Shown here one piece after another: positions 17,399 through 25,385 of a DNA stretch of 64,000 bases. Source of the DNA: Planctomycetota bacterium. GTDB lineage: Bacteria; Planctomycetota; UBA1135; GCA-002686595. The DNA is taken from NCBI GenBank assembly GCA_012959525.1, contig DUDB01000072.1:2098-66097 (forward strand), given 5' to 3'. Position numbers and translations under genes: made by a program. Each line of letters begins with the position of its first letter. Position 1 is the first letter of the stretch. The notes below the pieces were generated by a model. That model worked only from the letters and a program-made list of their open reading frames with translations, did no database searches and was not told the DNA's origin.

Positions 17399-18574
17399 GT
17401 GAGGATGGACTGCCAAGCCTGTGGATCTGAGGCGCTGAGCGACGTCTTTCGTGTGGACCGGGTTCCTGTCCACAGTTGCATGATGGTCGCCAGCCGTCAG
17501 CAGGCCCTCGACTTCCCGCGCGGGGACCTTCGGGTTCAGTTCTGCGAGGACTGTGGGTTCTTGCAGAACTCCGCTTTCAGCGCAGACCTGATCCACTACA
17601 GCACCGACTATGAGGAGACCCAGGTCTTCTCGTCCACGTTCCGGGCCTTCCAGACCCGCCTGTGTCAGGAGCAGGTGGCCAAGCACGAACTGCAGGGCAA
17701 GTCGGCGTTGGAGATCGGCTGCGGGAAGGGTGAGTTCATCTCCGAGCTGTGCGAAATCAGCGGTGGACCCGGTGTCGGAATCGACCCGGGCTATCGGCCC
17801 GAGCGCAACGAGAGCGAGGCCGCCAGCAGGATCGAGTTCATTCAGGACCTGTACTCGCCCGCCTACAAGCATCTGAAGGCCGACTACGTGGCTTGCCGCC
17901 ATACTCTTGAGCACATTCAGCCCGTCCGTGAGTTCGTCCAGATGGTGCGCGACACCCTCGATGAAGCCACGGACACCGTTGTGTTCTTCGAGCTCCCCGG
18001 GGGAGAGCGCGTCCTGCGCGAGATGGCGTTCTGGGATATCTATCACGAGCACTGCACCTACTTCACCCTGGGGTCGCTTGCGCGGCTCTTTCGCCGTTGT
18101 GGTTTCGAGATTCTCGACCTCTACACCGGCTATGACGACCAGTACCTCATGATCGAGGCGCGTCCTGGTGATCCTGACCATGGCAAGCGCTTTGAAGCCG
18201 AGCAGGACCTGGACCAGATCCGTGCAGACGTCGAGGCCTTCCGGGGGGGGATTGAAGCCAAGCTGAAAGGCCTCTCAGACCAGTTGGACGAATGGGTGCA
18301 GGCCGGCAAGAAGGTCGTGCTCTGGGGGTCGGGGTCCAAGGCCGTGTCCTACCTGACTACGCTGGGTGTGACGGACCAATTGCAGTACGTTGTGGATATC
18401 AACCCACACAAGCACGGCAAGTTCCTGGCGGGCAGTGGGCATGAGATTGTCTCCCCGGAGTTCCTGGTTGAGTATCAGCCGGACGCTGTGATTGTGATGA
18501 ACCCGATCTATCTCGAAGAAATCCGTTCCGATCTCAAAGGGATGGGCCTGGAGCCAGAGTCGTGGGCCGTCTGA
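17399..18574 (+). CDS. Second SAM-dependent methyltransferase with the same zinc-ribbon / MT / C-terminal domain architecture
   Basis: CQACGSEAL...CEDCGFLQN zinc ribbon. SAM motif ALEIGCGKGEF. C-terminal GKKVVLWGSGSKAVSYL. Start is GTG at 17399 or ATG at 17405. Confidence 0.8.
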   Translation: MRMDCQACGSEALSDVFRVDRVPVHSCMMVASRQQALDFPRGDLRVQFCEDCGFLQNSAFSADLIHYSTDYEETQVFSSTFRAFQTRLCQEQVAKHELQGKSALEIGCGKGEFISELCEISGGPGVGIDPGYRPERNESEAASRIEFIQDLYSPAYKHLKADYVACRHTLEHIQPVREFVQMVRDTLDEATDTVVFFELPGGERVLREMAFWDIYHEHCTYFTLGSLARLFRRCGFEILDLYTGYDDQYLMIEARPGDPDHGKRFEAEQDLDQIRADVEAFRGGIEAKLKGLSDQLDEWVQAGKKVVLWGSGSKAVSYLTTLGVTDQLQYVVDINPHKHGKFLAGSGHEIVSPEFLVEYQPDAVIVMNPIYLEEIRSDLKGMGLEPESWAV

Positions 18575-19461
18575 CGATCCCGCGCGTCTCGATCGGCCTT
18601 CCGGTCTATAACGGTGAGAACTTCTTGGAGGACTGCCTGTGCTCTGTACTCACACAAACCCATGATGCCTTTGAGTTGGTGATTTCGGATAACGCCTCCG
18701 ATGACGGCACGGCCGAAATCTGCAAGGCCTTCGCGGGGCGGGACGACCGAATCCGTTACGTGCGCCAAGAGCGCAACAGTGGGGCGGCAGCCAACTTCAA
18801 CGAGGTCTTTCGCCTGTGCCGGGGAGAGTATTTCAAGTGGATGGCACACGACGACCTGTTGCAACCCACCTGGCTCGAGCGCTGCGTAGAAGCACTGGAC
18901 GCTTCGGGGCCCGAAGTTTCAGTGGCCTACACGGCTGTGTCGCACCTGCGCGAGGAGGAGGGAACTCTCCTCCCCTACGACGCGGAGTTCCCCTGGGGGG
19001 CCCCAACGCCCGCTGGGCGGCTGTCGCAGATGCTCGTGATGGATGGCGTGTCGATCCTGACCAAGTGCTATCCGGTATTTGGAGTGATGCGCAGGGAGGT
19101 CTTGGCGGGCACGCGCCTGATCCAACCCTTCAACGCTTCCGACAAGGTCCTCCTGGTGGAGCTGGCTCTGCGCGGAGACTTCGTGCAGGTTCCCGAGTAC
19201 CTGTTCCATCGCCGGCTACACGCGAACAACTCGCTTACTGCGAACCCCACCCCCCAGGATGTTCTCAAGTGGTTTGACCCCGATGCCAACCGTCCGGCCA
19301 CGGTCCACAAGGATCTGTGGGACGGATACCGAAATGCCGTTCGTGAGGCCAGCCTGCCCAGTGATCAAGCCCGCAGTTGTCGTCGGATCGTTCGGCGCTG
19401 GGCGTGGAAGCTTCGCAAACGCCTTGCCGGCGATGTGCTGCGCGGGGCCGGCCTACGCTAG
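18562..19461 (+). CDS. Family 2 glycosyltransferase
   Basis: VSIGLPVYNGENFLEDCLCSVLTQTHDAFELVISDNASDDGT is a classic GT2 N-terminus, and the AHDD (DxD-like) motif is present. The GTG start overlaps the upstream stop by 13 nt. Confidence 0.85.
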   Translation: MGRLTIPRVSIGLPVYNGENFLEDCLCSVLTQTHDAFELVISDNASDDGTAEICKAFAGRDDRIRYVRQERNSGAAANFNEVFRLCRGEYFKWMAHDDLLQPTWLERCVEALDASGPEVSVAYTAVSHLREEEGTLLPYDAEFPWGAPTPAGRLSQMLVMDGVSILTKCYPVFGVMRREVLAGTRLIQPFNASDKVLLVELALRGDFVQVPEYLFHRRLHANNSLTANPTPQDVLKWFDPDANRPATVHKDLWDGYRNAVREASLPSDQARSCRRIVRRWAWKLRKRLAGDVLRGAGLR

Positions 19462-20762
19462 CCGACACCCAGCCTGACGAGCTCGGCAACCAGGCTGTGG
19501 TAGTGGGGCCACAGGGGTGAGCCGGGGCCGATGCTCGGGAAGAGGTCGATCTGCTCAAAGGGGTCGCTCTGCAGATCGTAGAACTCGTCCGCTACGCCCG
19601 TTGATCGGATGAGTTTGAACCGATCATCCCGCACCGCCCGTGTGTGGGTGGTCCAGGGGGCCGGACCATTGGGTGTGAAGAACTCCGCGTAGACCGCATC
19701 GCGCTGGGGTTCGCTTGAGCCCCGAAGGTACGGCACCAAGCTCACGGAGTCCTCAGCTGCCGACGGCACCCCTGCCAAGTCGCCCAGGGTGGCGAAGATG
19801 TCGGTGGCTGTGACGAGGGCTCCACATTCGCCTTGGACCGTGCCTGCACCAGCGATGATCAAGGGGACGTTGACCCCTCCCTCGTAGAGGGTGCCCTTGG
19901 CCTGGGTCTTGTCGAACGGAGGTTCGGTGACGGCCGCGGCGGTGCCATTGTCGCCCATGAAGATCACGAGGGTGTCCGGGGGAATGACCTGCAGCAGCCT
20001 TCCGATCTCCGTGTCCATGGCCTCCGTCATGGCCTTCGCTTTGACAGCTTTGGATGAGCCGTTCTGCACGACGTCGCAGTTGCTGGTGGTCGGGCAGGCG
20101 CACAGACCGCTGGGCGGCACGTGGTGGGGTGTATGGGGGGCCTGGAAGGCGGCGTACAGCAGCCATGGCTCGGGCATGGTGAGTGCCGCCTGGATGGCCT
20201 CGTCAGCGCAATCGGTGGTGGCGTAGGTGGTGCTGGTCGACTCGCTACCGTTCACGACCTTCTGCCAGTTGAAGTAGTCGCTGATGTTGCCCATGGACCC
20301 GGCGTGGTAGCCGAAGCCGGACTTGCCCGGGTGCTTCTTGCCCTGACCCTGGCCCGCCAGATGCCACTTGCCGCTGACTGAGCTGGAGTACCCCGTGAGC
20401 ATTTCTGGCAGGGTGAATTCACTGAGGAGGAGCCCCTGATTGCCGTTGTTGACTGGCTGACCGATTCCGGTTCGGAAGCCATAGCGGCCCGTGAGGAGTT
20501 CGCTCCGCGTCGGGGAGCAGGTCGGGTTAGCCCAGGCGTTGCGGAACAGTAGCCCGCGCGTCGCCAAGCCGTCGATATTGGGAGTGCAGGGCGGAGCGCT
20601 GCCCTCGGCGTAGCAGGAGACCATGTCCACTCCCATGTCGTCCCCCAAAAGGATCAGGACGTTGGGACGCCGCACCAGCCGCGATGCTTGGTCCCGTGGA
20701 GTCTGGGCGCCGGATAGCTGGGTCAGCAGACAGGCGAGGAGGAGCAGGTGGGGGGCGTTCAT
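19458..20762 (-). CDS. Sulfatase (Cys-type, CSPTR)
   Basis: The internal ATG at 20760-20762 gives a signal peptide MNAPHLLLLACLLTQLSGAQ. Then PNVLILLGDDMG and NPTCSPTRSELLTGRY. The track start at 20888 adds a non-signal 42-aa extension. Confidence 0.9.
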   Translation of the reverse strand: MNAPHLLLLACLLTQLSGAQTPRDQASRLVRRPNVLILLGDDMGVDMVSCYAEGSAPPCTPNIDGLATRGLLFRNAWANPTCSPTRSELLTGRYGFRTGIGQPVNNGNQGLLLSEFTLPEMLTGYSSSVSGKWHLAGQGQGKKHPGKSGFGYHAGSMGNISDYFNWQKVVNGSESTSTTYATTDCADEAIQAALTMPEPWLLYAAFQAPHTPHHVPPSGLCACPTTSNCDVVQNGSSKAVKAKAMTEAMDTEIGRLLQVIPPDTLVIFMGDNGTAAAVTEPPFDKTQAKGTLYEGGVNVPLIIAGAGTVQGECGALVTATDIFATLGDLAGVPSAAEDSVSLVPYLRGSSEPQRDAVYAEFFTPNGPAPWTTHTRAVRDDRFKLIRSTGVADEFYDLQSDPFEQIDLFPSIGPGSPLWPHYHSLVAELVRLGVG

Positions 20763-20896
20763 GGTCAAGTGAATAGTAGTACCGACACAGGGGTGGGGAG
20801 GGTTGGCTCCAGATCTTGTGGCCCCTGGGTTGGGAATGGGGGCGTAGTTGGAGTCGCAGGGGCCCCGCTGTGCCTCAACATGCACCACCTCTACCG

Positions 20897-20925
20897 TTCA
20901 CGGGAGGGTCGGGCCCCGCTATACT
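20897..20925 (+). promoter_or_regulatory. Candidate sigma70-like promoter (TTCACG-N17-TATACT) upstream of the peroxiredoxin gene
   Basis: -35 TTCACG at 20897-20902, a 17-nt spacer, then -10 TATACT at 20920-20925, about 74 nt upstream of the ATG at 20999. This is a pattern match only, and promoter consensus in this lineage is unknown to me. Confidence 0.3.
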
Positions 20926-20998
20926 CCGCCCTCGCTGTCCGAGTGGGCGGCTTCTCATCGCTTTCAAATACTCCTTCGATCCCCGAGATCCTCGTACC

Positions 20999-21598
20999 AT
21001 GAGCAACTTTATCGGCAAAGCCGCCCCCGCGTTCAGCGCGCAGGCCGTAATGCCGGACGGCAGCACGCAGAGCGTGAGCCTGTCCGACTACTCCGGCCAG
21101 TACGTGGCCCTGTTCTTCTATCCCAAGGACTTCACCTTCGTGTGACCCTCCGAGCTCATCGCTTTCGACCACCGCATGGGTGAGTTCGAGAAGCGAGGCG
21201 TCCAGGTTCTGGGCGTTTCCATGGATGACGCGGAGACCCACGCCCGTTGGCGCGACACCGCGATCAACGACGGCGGAATCGGTCCCGTTGGCTATCCTCT
21301 TTTGGCGGACACGACCAAGCAGATGACCGCGGATTACAACGTGCTTCACGAGGAGTCGGGCTTCTCGGCGCGTGGTACGTTCCTGATCGATCCCGATGGG
21401 ATCTGCTGGCACGCCCTCGTGAACAACCTGCCCCTTGGCCGCGACATGGACGAGCTCATGCGCGCCATCGACGGGGTGCAGTTCTTCAAAGAGCACGGCG
21501 AGGTCTGCCCCGCGGGCTGGGCCACCGGAAAGGCCGGCATGGCTCCCAGCGAAGAGGGAGTCAAGAGCTACCTGACCGACCACGCCGACGGCCTCTAG
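20999..21598 (+). CDS. Typical 2-Cys peroxiredoxin (AhpC/Prx1 type) with in-frame TGA at the peroxidatic Cys codon: predicted selenocysteine peroxiredoxin
   Basis: ATG at 20999. The TGA at 21143-21145 is codon 49. Track ORFs 20816..21145 and 21176..21598 are in the same frame. The joined protein reads ...[14 protein letters not shown][U][28 protein letters not shown]...[11 protein letters not shown]...[31 protein letters not shown]... The conserved family motif is FTFVCPTE, so the TGA replaces the peroxidatic Cys. The resolving Cys is retained in EVCPAGW. Confidence 0.8.
21159..21196 (+). promoter_or_regulatory. Candidate bacterial SECIS hairpin 13 nt downstream of the in-frame UGA
   Basis: Hand-folded. 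UCGCUU (21159-64) pairs with AAGCGA (21191-96), with a bulged G at 21190. UCGA (21165-68) pairs with UCGA (21186-89), followed by a small internal loop. CACC (21170-73) pairs with GGUG (21179-82). The apical loop is GCAUG (21174-78). In total there are 14 bp. The apical loop lies about 29 nt from the UGA. Confidence 0.45.
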
Positions 21599-21620
21599 TC
21601 ACGCGCGGTTCGCAGTCCAC

Positions 21621-21657
21621 GAGCCCCGTCGGCCCCAGCGGTCGGCGGGGCTCTTTT
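21621..21657 (+). terminator. Rho-independent terminator after the peroxiredoxin gene
   Basis: GAGCCCCGTCGGCC (21621-34) pairs with GGTCGGCGGGGCTC (21640-53): 14 bp including two G-U pairs. The loop is CCAGC and a TTTT run follows at 21654-57. It lies 22 nt after the TAG stop. Confidence 0.65.
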
Positions 21658-21708
21658 GCGTACAACCCATTCAGAGCGTGCGTCCCCTGAGCACACGGAT
21701 GGGCTAGC

Positions 21709-23142
21709 ATGGTTCCCATGCGGCGGTCGTTTCTCATGGGGTCGGTGGCCTTCTGCTGCCTGGGTAGCACCTTGCCCGCACAGGACGCTGAGCCCGAAGG
21801 CAGCGTGTACTTCGCCAACGGCGTGAAGGTGGGGGAGGTGACGTCGTCGGCGGCGATCATCTGGACGCGACTCACCGCGGCACCCGAGCGCAACATCGGA
21901 GGGCGTCCCTGGCCCGACGGCGCCGCCGCCGTTCCCGCGGGCCGTATCCTCGGGGAGATGCAGGACAGCGTGATGGGAGCCGCCGGGGAGGTTCGCGTCC
22001 AGTGGTGGCCCAAGGGCGCTGTCGGTGTGCGCAGCTCCAGCGGTTGGGCGGCGGTCGACCCGCAGGCGGACTTCACCCACGCCTTCGACCTAAGCGACCT
22101 GCTGCGTTCGGCGACGGCCTACGCGATGATTGTCGAGGGTCGAGCTTCCGGTTCAGAGGAGGTTCAGTGTTCTCTGTCGGCCTCCTTCCGCACGGCTCCC
22201 GCCATCCAGCAGTCGTCACCGGCCACCTTCACCGTGGTCACCGGACAGGATTTCACCCGGCGCGATGATCCCCAGGCCGGGCACCGGATCTACGCGTCCA
22301 TGGGTGAGCTGGACCCCGATTTCTTTGTGCACACCGGTGACGTGGTCTACCACGACAAGCCCGGACCCCTGGCAAGGTCCCAGGAGCTCGCTCGCTACAA
22401 GTGGAACCGCATGTACGCCCTGCCCCTGCAGCGTGCCTTCCACGCTCGGGTTCCCGCCTGGTTCCTGCGCGACGATCACGACGTGCTCAAGAACGACTGC
22501 TGGCCGGGTCAGTCCTATGGCGAACTTACCTGGGAGCAGGGCCTGGCCGTGTACCGCGAGCAGGTGCCTACGGGCCCGCGCCCCTACCGACGGCTGCGTT
22601 GGGGTAAGGACCTGGAGGTCTGGTTTGTGGAGGGGCGCGAGTTCCGCAGCCCCAACACCCTTGCCGATGGCCCGGACAAGACGATCTGGGGTGGCGACCA
22701 GATGGCCTGGTTCAGGCGAACGTTTGCCGCATCCGATGCCACCTTCCGTATTCTGATTTCTCCGACCCCGATCCTCGGCCCCGACCGCTCGAGCAAGCGC
22801 GACAATCACGCAAACAAGGCCTTTCAACACGAGGGCGACGAGCTGCGGGCATTCTTGGCCGAGCAGGACAGCGCCTTCGTTATCTGCGGCGACCGTCACT
22901 GGCAGTACGTGTCGGAGGTTCCCGACACGGGCTTGCGGGAGTACTCGTGCGGGCCCACCACCAACAAGCACGCGGGTGGGTTCTCGGAGAAGAACCGATC
23001 GGACGCGCACCGCTTTCTCCGTGTGGCCGGTGGGTTTCTCTCGGCGAGCCTCGAGTACCGCGACGACGCGCCCCGGTTGGTCATGCGCCACCACGACGTC
23101 GCCGGGGGAATTGTGCATGAGGACGTCCACGAGGCGCGTTAG
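21709..23142 (+). CDS. PhoD-like phosphatase (alkaline phosphatase D family metallophosphatase)
   Basis: Signal peptide. FANGVKVGEVTSSAAIIWTRL (PhoD N-domain). FFVHTGDVVYHD, WFLRDDHDV and ICGDRHWQY are metallophosphatase motifs. Confidence 0.8.
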   Translation: MVPMRRSFLMGSVAFCCLGSTLPAQDAEPEGSVYFANGVKVGEVTSSAAIIWTRLTAAPERNIGGRPWPDGAAAVPAGRILGEMQDSVMGAAGEVRVQWWPKGAVGVRSSSGWAAVDPQADFTHAFDLSDLLRSATAYAMIVEGRASGSEEVQCSLSASFRTAPAIQQSSPATFTVVTGQDFTRRDDPQAGHRIYASMGELDPDFFVHTGDVVYHDKPGPLARSQELARYKWNRMYALPLQRAFHARVPAWFLRDDHDVLKNDCWPGQSYGELTWEQGLAVYREQVPTGPRPYRRLRWGKDLEVWFVEGREFRSPNTLADGPDKTIWGGDQMAWFRRTFAASDATFRILISPTPILGPDRSSKRDNHANKAFQHEGDELRAFLAEQDSAFVICGDRHWQYVSEVPDTGLREYSCGPTTNKHAGGFSEKNRSDAHRFLRVAGGFLSASLEYRDDAPRLVMRHHDVAGGIVHEDVHEAR

Positions 23143-23151
23143 GATCTGGCT

Positions 23152-24378
23152 ATGAGCTTCGTGCGGTACTTGTTCCTTCTGCTCCTGTGCTTCGTGGGCG
23201 TTGGTCTCGCCGCTGCCCAGGATCATCCGGTCAACTACGACGAGGCTAAGGTGCCCGCCTACGACCTGCCTGATCCCTTGGTCATGGAGGACGGCACACG
23301 CGTCGAGACTCCAGAGCAGTGGCGCAAGTCACGACGCCCCGAGCTTCTGCGGCTATTTGAAGAGCACGTCTATGGTCGAATGCCCAAGGGGGCAGCGGAG
23401 ATCAGGGCCAAAGTGGTGAATGAATGCCTGGCCTTAGGGGGCCGGGCCGTGCGGCGCGAGGTCGACCTCCTCGTGTCCGGGAAGGCGGATGGGCCCATTC
23501 GGCTTCTGATCTACAGTCCGGTCGGGGTGTCGGGCCCGGCACCCGCGTTCCTGGCCCTCAACTTCATGGGCAACCACTCCATCCAGCCCGATCCGGAGAT
23601 CATGCTCTCCACCCAGTGGATCGGAAACCGGGCCGGGCATGGCATCGAGGATAATCGGGCGACGGAGGCCTCGCGGGGCAAACTCTCTTCGCGCTGGCCC
23701 GTGGAGCGCATCCTGGCGCGCGGCTACGCCGTGGTGACGGCCTACTACGGAGACATCGATCCGGACTTCGACGATGGGTTTGCCAATGGTGTGCACCCTG
23801 CCTTGGACCCGGAAGGCGACGCTGAGCGGAAGCCAAACGAGTGGGGCTCCATCGGGGCATGGGCTTGGGGCCTGTCGCGTGCGCTTGATTTCCTCGAGGA
23901 GGATGAACTGGTGGACGCCGAGCGTGTGGCCGTGTTGGGTCATTCACGTCTCGGTAAGACGGCGCTGTGGGCGGGTGCCACCGATGAGCGCTTTGCCCTG
24001 GTGATCTCCAATAATTCAGGTTGTGGGGGGGCCGCTCTGAGCCGGCGCTGCTTCGGAGAGACCGTGGCCCGTATCAACCGCGTCTTTCCGCACTGGTTCT
24101 GCGAGCGCTTTCGGAGCTACGACAATCAGGAGTCCCGACTGCCCGTGGACCAGCATCAGTTGATCGCCCTGATCGCGCCGCGCCCGGTCCTGATCTGCAG
24201 CGCCGAGGAGGATCGCTGGGCCGACCCACTCGGGGAGCAGCTCGCCGCGCGCGCCGCGGCCCCGGTCTTCCGCTTCCTAGACTCCGCCTCTCTCGTCCAT
24301 CGGCTACGCCCCGGCGAGCACGACGTGACGGACGAGGATTGGACGGCTTACATGGACTTCGCGGACCGGGAGATGTGA
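23152..24378 (+). CDS. Alpha/beta hydrolase, CE15 glucuronoyl-esterase-like
   Basis: Signal peptide. VAVLGHSRLGKTALWAGATDERFALVISNNSGCGGAAL resembles the bacterial CE15 nucleophile region (G-H-S-R-x-G). Confidence 0.7.
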   Translation: MSFVRYLFLLLLCFVGVGLAAAQDHPVNYDEAKVPAYDLPDPLVMEDGTRVETPEQWRKSRRPELLRLFEEHVYGRMPKGAAEIRAKVVNECLALGGRAVRREVDLLVSGKADGPIRLLIYSPVGVSGPAPAFLALNFMGNHSIQPDPEIMLSTQWIGNRAGHGIEDNRATEASRGKLSSRWPVERILARGYAVVTAYYGDIDPDFDDGFANGVHPALDPEGDAERKPNEWGSIGAWAWGLSRALDFLEEDELVDAERVAVLGHSRLGKTALWAGATDERFALVISNNSGCGGAALSRRCFGETVARINRVFPHWFCERFRSYDNQESRLPVDQHQLIALIAPRPVLICSAEEDRWADPLGEQLAARAAAPVFRFLDSASLVHRLRPGEHDVTDEDWTAYMDFADREM

Positions 24379-24450
24379 GGCGATCGGTCTGGCGACCCAT
24401 CCTCGACATTCAGCGGAGCGCATCGACCGCGGATTCCCTAGAGTGCATCC

Positions 24451-25359
24451 ATGACGCTCTTCCTTGCCGCAGCTCTGACGCTGATTCCCGTTCAAGACGC
24501 GGGTGCCTCCAAGCCGCGCCCCGCGACCGTCGAGTTCGGACTGTGGCCCGATGGCGTGCCTGGGGCTCCAGCGGAGATCTCGCCCGAGGTGCTGAAGGAC
24601 CGGCCCGAGGGCGGAGACGCCCACGTCTCGAACGTGCACGTGCCCACGCTCACCGTGCACCTGCCCGAGCCCGGCAAGCGTACGGGCTGTGCCGTCATCA
24701 TCTGTCCGGGTGGAGGGTACGGGCTGCTCGCGATAGACAAGGAGGGCCACGACATCGCGCGTTGGTTCGCGGGGCAGGGCATTGTCGGCGCCGTCCTGAA
24801 GTACAGAATGCCCCGGCCGAGCGGACACGTGTACGGGCATGAAGCACCCTTGGCCGATTGCCGCAAGGCGTTCGAGTTGGTGCGCTTCCATGCGGACAAG
24901 TGGGGCGTTGATCCGCAGCGCGTGGGGGTCATGGGGTTCTCGGCGGGGGGTCACCTCGCAGCCTCGGCCTCGGTCCAGCTGCTTGAGAAACCCCCGGCCT
25001 TCACCATCCTGGTCTACCCGGTGGTCTCGATGCTGGAGGGGATCTCACACAGGGGGTCGGGCCAGAACCTCCTTGGCCCGGACGCGCCCGAGGAGCTGAT
25101 TCACCGCTTCTCCAGTGAACTGCACGTGACCGCCAAGACCCCTCCCGCCTTTCTCGTGCACACGTCCGATGACCCTGTGAAGGTTAGCAACTCACGCCTC
25201 TATGCTGCGGCTCTCGAGGTTGCGGGAGTGCCCTTTGAGTTGCATGTGTTCGCCCGCGGCGGTCACGGCTACGGCATGCGCCGTCCGGATCTTCCCGTGG
25301 GCCAGTGGCCGAATCTGCTCGCGAAGTGGATGAAGGCCGAGCGCTACTTCAAGAACTGA
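24451..25359 (+). CDS. Alpha/beta hydrolase (esterase/lipase-type)
   Basis: Signal peptide. Oxyanion region ICPGGGY. Nucleophile elbow GFSAGGHLA. C-terminal GGHGYG. Confidence 0.8.
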   Translation: MTLFLAAALTLIPVQDAGASKPRPATVEFGLWPDGVPGAPAEISPEVLKDRPEGGDAHVSNVHVPTLTVHLPEPGKRTGCAVIICPGGGYGLLAIDKEGHDIARWFAGQGIVGAVLKYRMPRPSGHVYGHEAPLADCRKAFELVRFHADKWGVDPQRVGVMGFSAGGHLAASASVQLLEKPPAFTILVYPVVSMLEGISHRGSGQNLLGPDAPEELIHRFSSELHVTAKTPPAFLVHTSDDPVKVSNSRLYAAALEVAGVPFELHVFARGGHGYGMRRPDLPVGQWPNLLAKWMKAERYFKN

Positions 25360-25385
25360 TCCAAGCCCTCTCGATTTCTTCCCGC

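Noticed and set aside
21143-21145. TGA explained by an alternative genetic code (TGA = Trp or Gly) or by a simple pseudogene.
   Set aside because: TGA terminates other well-defined genes at family-typical lengths (rfbF, purD), so the code is standard. The pseudogene explanation is not fully excluded. It is disfavoured because the TGA falls exactly on the catalytic Cys codon, the downstream 150 codons are intact and conserved-looking, and a SECIS-like hairpin follows.
21152-21187. Alternative 9-bp hairpin GAGCUCAUC/GGUGAGUUC with an 18-nt loop as the SECIS.
   Set aside because: It starts only 6 nt after the UGA and has a large unstructured loop. The 21159-21196 fold has more base pairs and a more SECIS-like geometry. 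I keep it only as a competing structure.
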